A DNA stretch of 64,000 bases, from assembly GCA_045545475.1 (NCBI GenBank), contig JAZQAZ010000040.1, positions 1-64,000 on the forward strand, in the 5' to 3' direction. Source of the DNA: Clostridia bacterium (GTDB lineage: Bacteria; Bacillota; Clostridia; CAKSNL01; HGM11501). The position numbers were made by a program, and so were the translations under genes. The notes beneath the pieces are model-generated. The model did no database searches. It was not told where the DNA came from and worked only from the letters and a program-made list of their open reading frames with translations. Position 1 is the stretch's first letter. Every line of letters starts with the position of its first letter. Of the stretch, positions 46,609-55,929 are shown piece by piece.

Positions 46609-48144
46609 TAAAAACCAGCTATATGCTTCCACATAAACACCCGTTGGGCTTATTTTCGGAATAACAATGTTTTTCTTCGCAGCAACCTCTGTAGTTTTGA
46701 AATAAATTCCCACAAGCGGAGCACTTTCCGCCATAGCTTTACCAAACTTCTTTGCCTCAGAAAGAAGGCTTTCACCTTCAGCCGCCGCAAGTGCCGCAAT
46801 TCTCATATCCATAACTCCGCCGGAATAACCAAATACATTGGCACTTCCGCCGCTACCTATAAGAAAAGCAAAATTAGCAGCATTTCCTATGGTACATCCT
46901 CCAATAAAAGCATCATAATTACCCGATGTAAGTCTTTCCTTATAGCTTGAATATGATAAAATTTCCACATCCGCAGAAATTCCGTAATTAAGCAACCAAT
47001 GGCTAAGGAAATTAGCAATACCGACACGGACAGAATCATCTTCATTTACTATTATGCTGAATTTTAAACTTTTTCCGTCTTTTTCATAAACGCCGGCTCC
47101 GCCCATTTTCCATCCGTCTCTCGTGAGTATATCCGAAACCTCTCCTATATCCGTCTCGTCAGTCTCAAATGCGTAAAAATACGCCGCCGGATTTACAGGA
47201 GTAGAAGCAGCTGTTTCCACCTCTTCAAATTCATCCGCCAATGAAGCCTTTCTGCAGGCGGCAAAAATTGCTCTTCTTGCCGATTCCTCCGAGAAAAGAT
47301 TTCCTGCCGAATTAAATCCGAGAAATTCAAATCTGTTGCTTTTACCTTTGTAAATCTTAATTCCTTTTCCCGACTTATCAGCAGTATTATCAGGATTTAT
47401 GAGTATGTCGGTTTCTCCCGATAAAAAGCTGGTTTCAGCTTTTATATCCGTATTCATATACAAAACTTCAATTTCATCTATATACGGACGCCCCAAATGA
47501 TATGAGCTGTTTTTTTCACACACCAGAGAAGTATAGCCAACATCCTCCTTGCGGCAGATAAACTGGCCTGTTCCGTTTGGCATATCCATTTTTCCGGGAG
47601 AACCATCCTTTATTATTGGAAACGTAAGCATTGATGCAAAATTAGCTTCAGGATTGTAAAGTTCTATCACAATTTCTCCCGAATCTGATATTTCTGCATT
47701 TTTAATATTTCTGACACAGCCGGAAAAACTTCCTCCATTGTATCTTATATAATCAATGGTATACTTAACGTCATAATTGGTAAGTGACGATCCGTCTGCA
47801 AAGGTGATACCGCCCTTTATTTTAAGTCTGGCCGTGAGATAATCATCAGACATGGAATACTCCGACACAAGATTTTTCTTTACGTTAAAATCATCATCCA
47901 AAGTAAAAAGACCATCATAAAAAAGATACAAAAGTTCTCTGCAGCTTTCATAGTTTGTGGCAAGGGGATTAAACGTGTCGGGTTTTCTTGAAGAAACCCT
48001 TATTTTTCCTCCCTGTATCATGTTCTCCGTTGATGTTTTTTCCGTCTCCGTTACATTTTCAGTAATTTCTTCTGTAACTTCCTTGCTGCAACCCACACAA
48101 AAAAGCATGGCGATAACAGTAATCATTGTAAAAATTTTTTTCAT
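46603..48144 (-). CDS. Family 5 ABC substrate-binding lipoprotein
   Basis: Lipobox VGC, TFNPL, FADGS.LT..DV..T, PNGTGQF. Confidence 0.9.
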   Translation of the reverse strand: MKKIFTMITVIAMLFCVGCSKEVTEEITENVTETEKTSTENMIQGGKIRVSSRKPDTFNPLATNYESCRELLYLFYDGLFTLDDDFNVKKNLVSEYSMSDDYLTARLKIKGGITFADGSSLTNYDVKYTIDYIRYNGGSFSGCVRNIKNAEISDSGEIVIELYNPEANFASMLTFPIIKDGSPGKMDMPNGTGQFICRKEDVGYTSLVCEKNSSYHLGRPYIDEIEVLYMNTDIKAETSFLSGETDILINPDNTADKSGKGIKIYKGKSNRFEFLGFNSAGNLFSEESARRAIFAACRKASLADEFEEVETAASTPVNPAAYFYAFETDETDIGEVSDILTRDGWKMGGAGVYEKDGKSLKFSIIVNEDDSVRVGIANFLSHWLLNYGISADVEILSYSSYKERLTSGNYDAFIGGCTIGNAANFAFLIGSGGSANVFGYSGGVMDMRIAALAAAEGESLLSEAKKFGKAMAESAPLVGIYFKTTEVAAKKNIVIPKISPTGVYVEAYSWFLV

Positions 48145-48157
48145 ATCTTCATTTCCT

Positions 48158-48952
48158 TTATTCAAGCTCTATTATTGCACCCAACGATCCGAATTTCCCT
48201 TTTCCTGCTCTGCTGGAAAAATAAAGCTGATTGTTACAAACCGTGCATTCTCCTGCCAGGGAAATATTTTCGTCCTTAAGCCCCGCTTCAATAAGGGTGC
48301 GTCTCACTGCTTCCCATAAATCGGCCCGATAATGTATACCGTCGCCTTCTTCTTTTATAAATGACAAATCCCGGAAGCTTTCCGAAAACGCATCATATAC
48401 ATCTTTTTTAATTTGAAAACAGCACTTTCCGATGGATGGACCTATTGCTGCCAGAATATCTGCCGGGTCGCTTCCGTATTCATTCACCATCGCCTTAACA
48501 GCATTCAGCACTATTTTTTTCACAGTGCTCTTCCATCCTGAATGTATGGATGCACACACCTTTTTTTCTCTGTCATACAAAAGCACCGGCACACAATCGG
48601 CAGATGTGGAAAGAAGGGGGATTCCGCCTTTATCTGTAACGAGAGCATCACAGCCGACAGATACCTTTACAGGCTCTTTTAAAATAGCAACCTTACTGTC
48701 ATGCACCTGATTTGTTCTGCTTAAGTTTTCTTCTGTAAATGAAAGAGCTGAGCATACGATGTTTACATTCTTTATAACAAATTCATCTCTGTCTCCCCTT
48801 AAAAAACCCAGATTTAAAGACGACAGATGTTCCTCTTCCGAAACCCCTCCGAGTCTCGTAGTGAAACAGTGTTTTACGCCCTCCTTTTCCAAAAGGGGAC
48901 TTATAAGATATTCAAAATTTCCGCATTTTCTGTGTTCAAAACCAATTTTCAT
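48158..48952 (-). CDS. pgeF: Peptidoglycan editing factor PgeF (YfiH/YlmD)
   Basis: FTTRLGGVS, QVH, ADCVPVL, HSGWK, GPSI..CCF. Confidence 0.9.
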   Translation of the reverse strand: MKIGFEHRKCGNFEYLISPLLEKEGVKHCFTTRLGGVSEEEHLSSLNLGFLRGDRDEFVIKNVNIVCSALSFTEENLSRTNQVHDSKVAILKEPVKVSVGCDALVTDKGGIPLLSTSADCVPVLLYDREKKVCASIHSGWKSTVKKIVLNAVKAMVNEYGSDPADILAAIGPSIGKCCFQIKKDVYDAFSESFRDLSFIKEEGDGIHYRADLWEAVRRTLIEAGLKDENISLAGECTVCNNQLYFSSRAGKGKFGSLGAIIELE

Positions 48953-48984
48953 AGTTTCTCCTCTGGCTATCCGGCTTTCACCGG

Positions 48985-49318
48985 TTTTCGTGCAAAAGGC
49001 TGTTCGCCTTTTTTCTGCAGTTCTTTCGCAGTTATCGCACAAAACCCTATGCTTCGCTCCGGGCTTTCGTCGTCTGCGGAACCCGCCTTTCGGCACGTTC
49101 CTCGCTTGCCTATGCTTCGCTCCGCAAAACGCCTTATTGCGTTACTCCTGCACAAAAGGCTATTCGCCTTTTGATACTGATTTGTTTCACTCGCTAAAAC
49201 CCTGTTCGGGTTTTAACACCGACTTCCGACAATTTTAATGCTCCGCAAAAAATTGTCACGTCTCCACGCTCGCAAAACTTCGCTCCGCAAAACGCCTTAT
49301 TGCGTTTTGCTACGCTCA
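48985..49318 (-). repeat. Modular hairpin repeat, locus 9
   Basis: A modules with loops TGTTC and TATTC, B loop near 49236, C module GCAAAACGC-CTTATT-GCGTTTTGC. Confidence 0.85.
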
Positions 49319-49987
49319 ATCCACCTTATGCACTCCCTCAAGACCAATAAGGGAAGTGAAAATCTCCTCACTGCTCTTTCCCTGTCTGAGCTGCACCGTA
49401 AATAACAGCAAAACATTTTTATCATCTTCTGTTGCTGTAAAATCAATATTTTTAATTTCTGTACAGTAAATATGAATTACCGAAAGAATATTAGCCACAG
49501 TCTCCGTATTGTTGTCCGCAGCAACATGAATTACAGCAAACCCTTCACCGTTTCGCTTTGTCATTATGTATCCTAAAACTCTTAAAACGATAAGCATCAT
49601 AAATGCCGCCGCAATAGCTCCGCCGTAATATCCGATTCCGATGGCAAGACCAACGCAAGCTATGGCCCAGAGTGTTGCCGCCGTGGTAAGACCACGTACT
49701 CTGTCGCCCTCTCTCAAAATCGTTCCGGCACCGAGAAAACCAATGCCTGATATAACCTGAGCGCCGAGACGTGCCACATCCGTAGAAAGTCCTTCCGTCA
49801 CCATAAACGAACTTATCATCATTGTAAGGCAGGCTCCCATACACACAAGTATGTGGGTTCGAAGTCCCGCAGGTCTGTGTTTATGTTCTCGCTCTATGCC
49901 GATAATACCGCCAAGTATTCCGGCAAGTACCATCTTAAGCAGAATAATCCCCAGTTCTTCAAGATGAGCAATAGTAAACCAATCCAT
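49316..49987 (-). CDS. MgtC/SapB family membrane protein
   Basis: IGIERE...PAGLRTH.LV, RLGAQVISGIGFLGAG, GLTTAATLW. Confidence 0.93.
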   Translation of the reverse strand: MDWFTIAHLEELGIILLKMVLAGILGGIIGIEREHKHRPAGLRTHILVCMGACLTMMISSFMVTEGLSTDVARLGAQVISGIGFLGAGTILREGDRVRGLTTAATLWAIACVGLAIGIGYYGGAIAAAFMMLIVLRVLGYIMTKRNGEGFAVIHVAADNNTETVANILSVIHIYCTEIKNIDFTATEDDKNVLLLFTVQLRQGKSSEEIFTSLIGLEGVHKVD

Positions 49988-50118
49988 ACTAACCCTCCAA
50001 AATTAAATAAAAAATGCACAGAATAATACACATATAAACTCATGCTACTTACTCTCTGCATTTTATTATACTATTATATTATGTAGAATTATACTATATT
50101 TTATCTCTGTTGTCAAGA

Positions 50119-50925
50119 TTACATTTCAATTTCCAGGCAGACAGGATAGTGGTCAGAAAGAAGAATTCCATTTTCCTTATCATTCCATAAATTAACATTG
50201 TGCGTTTTCCCGGAAGTTTCCTTATCCGCAAAAATATAATCTATTTTAGAGGCTTCTTTTCTTTCTATATTCTGCGGAGACGCACTGTCTCGAAAACCGT
50301 GAAATGTAATTTCTATATGTTCAGTCAAATCCTTATATTCCCCTCCGTTATATTCCTTAAGGAAGGTTATGGTCTTTGAATCCGGCTGTGCATTGAAATC
50401 TCCCAAAATAAATGTGGGACAATCAATCTTATCTTTATACTCTTTTGCCATTCCGACAATCTGGCATATGCCTTTTATTCTTGCATCATCGCTTATATGG
50501 TCAAGATGTACGTTATATAAGCTTATAGGCTCATCCATATCCTTATGCTTTAATACTGCGTGAGGACATATTCTCGGATATTCGCTCTGAATCTCATATC
50601 TTGAAGCAGGAACATAGGGTGTCGGAGAAAGCCAGAAGCTTTCAAAAGCTAAAAGCTCCATGGAGTCCTTTCTGTATGCAACGGATAAGCCTTCACCTGT
50701 ATAGTCAGATTGTCTTCCGTGACCCAGAATGATATAATCCTGAAGATAGTTTCTTAAAAATTCTCTTATGGGATCGGATATTTCCTGAAAGCAGATAACG
50801 TGAGGAGCTTCCTTTCTTATTTTTTCAAGTATCATACCTGCACGGTGAATAAAAGAATTAGCACCGTCCATAGGATGTGAGTACAAAGTTCTAATATTGA
50901 AGCTTACAATCTTCAGCTTGCTCAT
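50119..50925 (-). CDS. Endonuclease/exonuclease/phosphatase family protein
   Basis: SFNIR, FQE, GDFN, IDYIF, SDHYPV. Confidence 0.92.
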   Translation of the reverse strand: MSKLKIVSFNIRTLYSHPMDGANSFIHRAGMILEKIRKEAPHVICFQEISDPIREFLRNYLQDYIILGHGRQSDYTGEGLSVAYRKDSMELLAFESFWLSPTPYVPASRYEIQSEYPRICPHAVLKHKDMDEPISLYNVHLDHISDDARIKGICQIVGMAKEYKDKIDCPTFILGDFNAQPDSKTITFLKEYNGGEYKDLTEHIEITFHGFRDSASPQNIERKEASKIDYIFADKETSGKTHNVNLWNDKENGILLSDHYPVCLEIEM

Positions 50926-50937
50926 TTTAAGCCCTCC

Positions 50938-51405
50938 TCAAACAACAACATCAATTATATGTTTTTTGTTTTCTTTTGCATAACATCTGGTATAGTAACT
51001 TCCACCCTCTGTTTTTATGCAATACGATATCAAAAAATCAGAATTATCAACCATATAGCGGTTTCTTACATGCATGCATCCGTCATAGTAGTGCTCAGCA
51101 AGAGTTTCAATATCGTCCGCCATCTCAATAATACGACGGTATCTCTCTTTGTCGCACCTGCTGTAATAGCGTTCTTGTCCTTTACACGGAACTGCAACAA
51201 CCAATTTTACCGATGCATATTTTTTTGCCTCAATCACAGTTTCTGCCGCAAGCATATCATAGCCTGCCGCACCGCCGGTTATAAATTCTGTAACGCCTCT
51301 GGCAATAAGCAAATCCACCGTCTTTTTTGTAAAATCCCTTACTGCTGCAAAATCCTTTGCCGGAATATCACGATGCCCTGTAAATGCACAAACAAGTCCG
51401 CTCAT
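50938..51405 (-). CDS. SLOG / DUF1273 (YpsA-like) protein
   Basis: AFTGHR, FITGGAAGYD, RNRYMVD, GGSYYT. Confidence 0.85.
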   Translation of the reverse strand: MSGLVCAFTGHRDIPAKDFAAVRDFTKKTVDLLIARGVTEFITGGAAGYDMLAAETVIEAKKYASVKLVVAVPCKGQERYYSRCDKERYRRIIEMADDIETLAEHYYDGCMHVRNRYMVDNSDFLISYCIKTEGGSYYTRCYAKENKKHIIDVVV

Positions 51406-52427
51406 CTATGGAATTTAAATTCTGTTATGGTGTCATACACTTCGCCTTTTTTAAGCACAGGAGAAGGGAAATGACTGTATTCCATGGCATTGGGGAATAC
51501 CTGCGTCTCTAAACAAAGACCGCCGTGAACTGGATATTTCGCTCCGTTTTTGCATACTCTTTCGGTCTGTATGCCATTACCTGTGTAAAGCTGTACAGCA
51601 GGTCTGTCTGTATAGGAGTCCATAACTATTCCTGTCTTATCTCCCGTAAGAGTTGAGAATTTGCGGAAACCAAAACCATCAAGTGCAAAGTTATGGTCAT
51701 ATCCGCCAAAAAGGTTAACCTGGGGATGATTTGACGCAAAACCGTCATACATCTTAATCCCTTCTCTGAAGTCAAATGCACCACCGGAAACGTCTTCTAC
51801 AACGCCATAGGGCATGCACTCTTCGGTGTTGGGAGTATAGAAGCTTGACTGAATCATTAACGTATGGCCGTCAACAGTTCCCGAATCATGACCGTTTAAA
51901 TTAAAATATGTGTGATTTGTCATGTTAAGAAGAGTGTCAGCGTTGGCCTTTCCTTCATAATGAATTTTAAGGCTGTTTTCTTTTGTAAGAGTATAAGTAA
52001 CCTTTACCTTTACCTTTCCAGGGAAACCTTCATCTCCGTCCTCCGATGTAAGTGTAAGAATCAGCGAAGGCTCTGCCTTATCCACAGCCTTTCCTTCCCA
52101 CACTCGCTTTCCGAATCCTCTGTTTCCTCCGTGAAGATTGTTATTTCCGTTGTTTTTTGCAAGGGTATACTTTTTTCCGCCCAGAGTAAATTCGCCCTTA
52201 GCGATACGATTGGAGTTTCTTCCGATCAAAGCACCGTAGCAACCGTTGTTCTCCATATACTCTTCCAAAGTATCACGACCGAGAACAACGTCAACTCCAT
52301 CATAACAAAGAGTTCTTATAATCCCGCCATAGGTTATTATTTCCGCTGTAAGCCCTTTGCCGTTATCCATCTTAAAAAGGTAAACCTCATCGGGTCCGAC
52401 TTTTCCGTAAAGTATTTTTTCAATCAT
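51402..52427 (-). CDS. galM: Aldose 1-epimerase
   Basis: GRNSNRI, LHGG, NMTNHTYFNL, GYDHNF, CLETQ. Confidence 0.93.
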   Translation of the reverse strand: MIEKILYGKVGPDEVYLFKMDNGKGLTAEIITYGGIIRTLCYDGVDVVLGRDTLEEYMENNGCYGALIGRNSNRIAKGEFTLGGKKYTLAKNNGNNNLHGGNRGFGKRVWEGKAVDKAEPSLILTLTSEDGDEGFPGKVKVKVTYTLTKENSLKIHYEGKANADTLLNMTNHTYFNLNGHDSGTVDGHTLMIQSSFYTPNTEECMPYGVVEDVSGGAFDFREGIKMYDGFASNHPQVNLFGGYDHNFALDGFGFRKFSTLTGDKTGIVMDSYTDRPAVQLYTGNGIQTERVCKNGAKYPVHGGLCLETQVFPNAMEYSHFPSPVLKKGEVYDTITEFKFHR

Positions 52428-52446
52428 TTTTATCTTCCTTTCCCTC

Positions 52447-53103
52447 TTAAAGTGATTTTATAAATGCTGCCAGCCTGTCCGCAATTCTCTCATGACCTCT
52501 GTCAGAGGGGTGAAGGCCGTCAGGCATATAAAGTTTCTGAATTTCAGGAATTTCGGGATTTATTCCGCTCAACTTAAATAAGTCAAGAAGCGGCAAAGAA
52601 TAATATTCCGCTACCTCACGTAACGCTTCAACATATGTTTTCAAGGGATGATTAATCTCTCTGTTGGGGCTTCCCGCACCCAATGTATCCCCAAGTCTGT
52701 GAAGAGGAGTCATAATTATAATTGTAGCAAGAGGATATTTTTCTATAAGTCCTCGGAAAAGATAGTGGCATGCACCATAAAATGTATCCGGGGTTCTGTC
52801 CTTCATTTCTCCCAAAGGTGCATCGCCGTGTCCATAGTCATTGGTTCCGCCAAAAACCACGATAAAATCCGCATCCGCCATCGGAACATATCTTGTACAA
52901 AAATCCATTTCAAAGCTCTCAGGCTGTCCTTCAATATGTATTCTCTGCTTTGCGATTCTTGTTCCGCTTAATCCGTAATTATTAACCTCAGCGCCGTATT
53001 TTCTTCCGAAAACCGTTGTATACATATAGTCGTGTCCCGAAGAGCCCACACCCTGGGTTATCGAATCTCCGAGAAAATTAAAAATCTTACCTCTGATCTC
53101 CAT
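52447..53103 (-). CDS. SGNH/GDSL hydrolase
   Basis: GDSIT, GGTND, DGLHP. Confidence 0.92.
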   Translation of the reverse strand: MEIRGKIFNFLGDSITQGVGSSGHDYMYTTVFGRKYGAEVNNYGLSGTRIAKQRIHIEGQPESFEMDFCTRYVPMADADFIVVFGGTNDYGHGDAPLGEMKDRTPDTFYGACHYLFRGLIEKYPLATIIIMTPLHRLGDTLGAGSPNREINHPLKTYVEALREVAEYYSLPLLDLFKLSGINPEIPEIQKLYMPDGLHPSDRGHERIADRLAAFIKSL

Positions 53104-53231
53104 AGTGTCCCTCCATATAGATTTATACCTTAATAATAGCACTATATTAAAAAAATTACAAGTATTTATTGCATTATCGGAAAAAATGTTTTATACTATA
53201 GAAGGAATATTTTCCGAAAGGACTGTTTTTA

Positions 53232-54341
53232 TTGGTACATAAATTTTCATCATCCGTAAACATGATTATCGAAAAGGGTGCCGTTAAGAATAATAAAGAG
53301 CTTATCGCTTCTCTTGGAAGCAAAGCACTTATTGTTACAGGAAAAACTTCTGCTGAAAAAACCGGGGCACTTTCCGATGTGACAAATGCTCTTGAAGTTA
53401 CAGGCATCCACTACGAAATATATTCCGGCGTGGAACCCAACCCCACATATAACAGTGTATTGGACGCCGCCGGAAAAGGAACAAAAGCAGGTTGTGACTT
53501 TGTAATCGGTATCGGCGGCGGAAGTCCGCTTGACGCTGCAAAAGCAATTGCCGCCGTTATGAAAAATCCCGACATATCAGAAGAAGATGCTTTTTCTGCA
53601 AAATACAAAAACGGTGCATACCCTATCGTTGCAATCGGCACTACTGCAGGCACGGGAAGCGAGGTTACTCCCTATGCAGTAATAACCGGAAACGACGGAA
53701 GAAAAAAAAGCATGCGTTCACCCCACCTTCTTCCGAAAGTTTCCTTAGGAGACATAACATATATTTCTCAAATGAGCGAAGCTCTTATTAAAAATACGGC
53801 ACTTGATGCATGCTGTCATGCCTTTGAAAGTTATTTATGCAAAGCAGCAAACGACTTTACAAAAACCTTTGCTCTGCGTGCTATAAAGCTTTTAATTCCG
53901 GAATTTGAAACCATATCAGCTTACGGCACAGAAGGTCTTGACGACGAGGATTTTGAAAATCTCTACCTTGCGTCAATTTATGCAGGCTATGCTATTTCCG
54001 TAACCGGAACCGCAATGTGCCACACCCTAAGCTATTATTTGTCTGAAAAGAAAGGCATTCCCCACGGAAGGGCCTGTGCACTTTATCTTCCCGCATTTAT
54101 CCTTCACAATATAAAATGGGCCCCAAAGGAATCGGCCGAGCTTTATGACGAAATATTGCGTACAGACGAGGAAATCAGAACTCTTGTCACGGACCTTACA
54201 GGCACTTGTGAGCTTAAGCTTACGGAAGAAGACCTTGAAATAATCCGCCCGAGGCTCGTAAATAATCCAAGCCTGGAAAAGTGCCTTGGCGAATGCCCGC
54301 CTGCTTACGCAGAGGAGATATTAAAGGCATTATTTTCATAA
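53232..54341 (+). CDS. Iron-containing alcohol dehydrogenase
   Basis: GGGSPLDAAK, TTAGTGSE, DACCHAFE, H...HG. Confidence 0.92.
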   Translation: MVHKFSSSVNMIIEKGAVKNNKELIASLGSKALIVTGKTSAEKTGALSDVTNALEVTGIHYEIYSGVEPNPTYNSVLDAAGKGTKAGCDFVIGIGGGSPLDAAKAIAAVMKNPDISEEDAFSAKYKNGAYPIVAIGTTAGTGSEVTPYAVITGNDGRKKSMRSPHLLPKVSLGDITYISQMSEALIKNTALDACCHAFESYLCKAANDFTKTFALRAIKLLIPEFETISAYGTEGLDDEDFENLYLASIYAGYAISVTGTAMCHTLSYYLSEKKGIPHGRACALYLPAFILHNIKWAPKESAELYDEILRTDEEIRTLVTDLTGTCELKLTEEDLEIIRPRLVNNPSLEKCLGECPPAYAEEILKALFS

Positions 54342-54390
54342 AATTAAAGCAAAATGCTTTAATATAAATCAAAAGAGAGGAAAATACACT

Positions 54391-55785
54391 ATGCAAAGAG
54401 AAAAATTCGGTTCAAGACTTGGCTTCATCCTGATTTCTGCAGGCTGTGCCATCGGACTCGGTAACGTTTACCGTTTCCCCATTTTAACAGGAGGCTACGG
54501 CGGTGGCTTCTTTGTACTCATTTATATCGCATTCCTTTTACTTCTGGGTCTTCCCATTATGACTGCAGAGCTTACTGTCGGCCGTGCCAGTCAGAGAAGC
54601 ATCGCATCAAGCTTTGACGTGCTTGAAAAACCCGGTCAGAAATGGCATTGGATGAAGTATATGGGCATCGCCGGAAACTATCTTTTAATGATGTTCTACA
54701 CCACCATTTCATCCTGGATGCTTATCTATTTCGGTAAGTATATTACAGGCTCTATCCTTACCGCACAGACCGTGCCTGAGCTTGGCGACGTATTCGGTGC
54801 AACCGTTACAAACACTCCCTTAATCATAATTATGACCTTTGCTGTTATCATTTTATGCTTCGGCATTTGCTCACTCGGTCTTCAGAAGGGCGTTGAAAGA
54901 ATAACCAAGGTTATGATGATACTCCTTTTCGTACTTATGATAGGCCTTGCAATTTACTCCTGTACACTTAAGGGTGGCCTTGAAGGTCTTAAGTTCTACC
55001 TTATTCCTTCCGTTGAAAATCTTCAGAAGGCAGGTGTATGGACAGTAATTTCCGCAGCTATGGGACAGGCTTTCTTCTCACTTAGTATCGGTATCGGTTC
55101 AATTGCAATCTTCGGTTCCTACATCAGTAAGGAAAAGAGACTTATGGGAGAAGCTGCCACAATCATTTCCCTTGATACATCTGTTGCTTTAATTTCCGGC
55201 CTTATAGTATTCCCCGCTTGCTTTGCTTATGCAGGTGGCGTAAACGCAGACCCCGGAACAGTTGGTGCAAGCTTCTTATTTACCACACTTTCTTCCATTT
55301 TCAATGCAATGGCTCAGCCTATCGGACAGATAGTCGGTATCCTTTTCTTCCTGTTTATGATTTTTGCTGCACTTTCAACAGTTATCGCAGTGTTCGAAAA
55401 TATCATGTCCTTCTGGCTTGAGCTTACAAAGTTCAACAGAGTACAATCTGCAATTATAAACATCGTGCTTATGTGCGTTCTTTCCCTTCCCTGCATCCTT
55501 GGCTTTACCGTATGGTCAGGCTTTGCGTGGGGTCCCGGCCTTTCCAAGGGAATCATGGACCTTGAAGACTTCATCATAAGTAATAACCTCCTTCCCTTAG
55601 GTTCACTTTGTTATGTACTTTTCTGTACTTACAATAAGCACGGCTGGGGCTGGAGTAACTTCATGACCGAGGTTAACACAGGTCAGGGTCTCGCTTTCCC
55701 CAAGTGGCTGAGAGTATATGTAAAATATGTTCTCCCCTTAATCATCCTTATCGTATGGATTCAGGGCTGGGTTACAATGTTTTAA
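54391..55785 (+). CDS. Sodium-dependent NSS family transporter
   Basis: GCAIGLGNVYRFP, GQAFFSLS. Confidence 0.95.
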   Translation: MQREKFGSRLGFILISAGCAIGLGNVYRFPILTGGYGGGFFVLIYIAFLLLLGLPIMTAELTVGRASQRSIASSFDVLEKPGQKWHWMKYMGIAGNYLLMMFYTTISSWMLIYFGKYITGSILTAQTVPELGDVFGATVTNTPLIIIMTFAVIILCFGICSLGLQKGVERITKVMMILLFVLMIGLAIYSCTLKGGLEGLKFYLIPSVENLQKAGVWTVISAAMGQAFFSLSIGIGSIAIFGSYISKEKRLMGEAATIISLDTSVALISGLIVFPACFAYAGGVNADPGTVGASFLFTTLSSIFNAMAQPIGQIVGILFFLFMIFAALSTVIAVFENIMSFWLELTKFNRVQSAIINIVLMCVLSLPCILGFTVWSGFAWGPGLSKGIMDLEDFIISNNLLPLGSLCYVLFCTYNKHGWGWSNFMTEVNTGQGLAFPKWLRVYVKYVLPLIILIVWIQGWVTMF

Positions 55786-55858
55786 TTAAACAAAAAAGAG
55801 CATCGGAAAATTCCGATGCTCTTTTTATACTATTGTATCTTTTCTCCTATGCTTCACT

Positions 55859-55883
55859 GTAGGGAACGGATTTATCCGTTCCG
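55859..55883 (+). repeat. GTAG-tagged REP-like palindrome
   Basis: GTAG-GGAACGGAT-TT-ATCCGTTCC. Confidence 0.55.
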
Positions 55884-55929
55884 CAAAAAGCATTACAAAA
55901 ACGTGGCACTCAGAAGAGTACCACGTTTT

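Noticed and set aside
48953-49096. N-terminal extension of the pgeF ORF (similarly clpP 46016-46120, terS 9042-9131 and ORF 16696-16791)
   Set aside because: Extensions run through repeat, terminator or promoter DNA; better RBS-linked starts exist downstream
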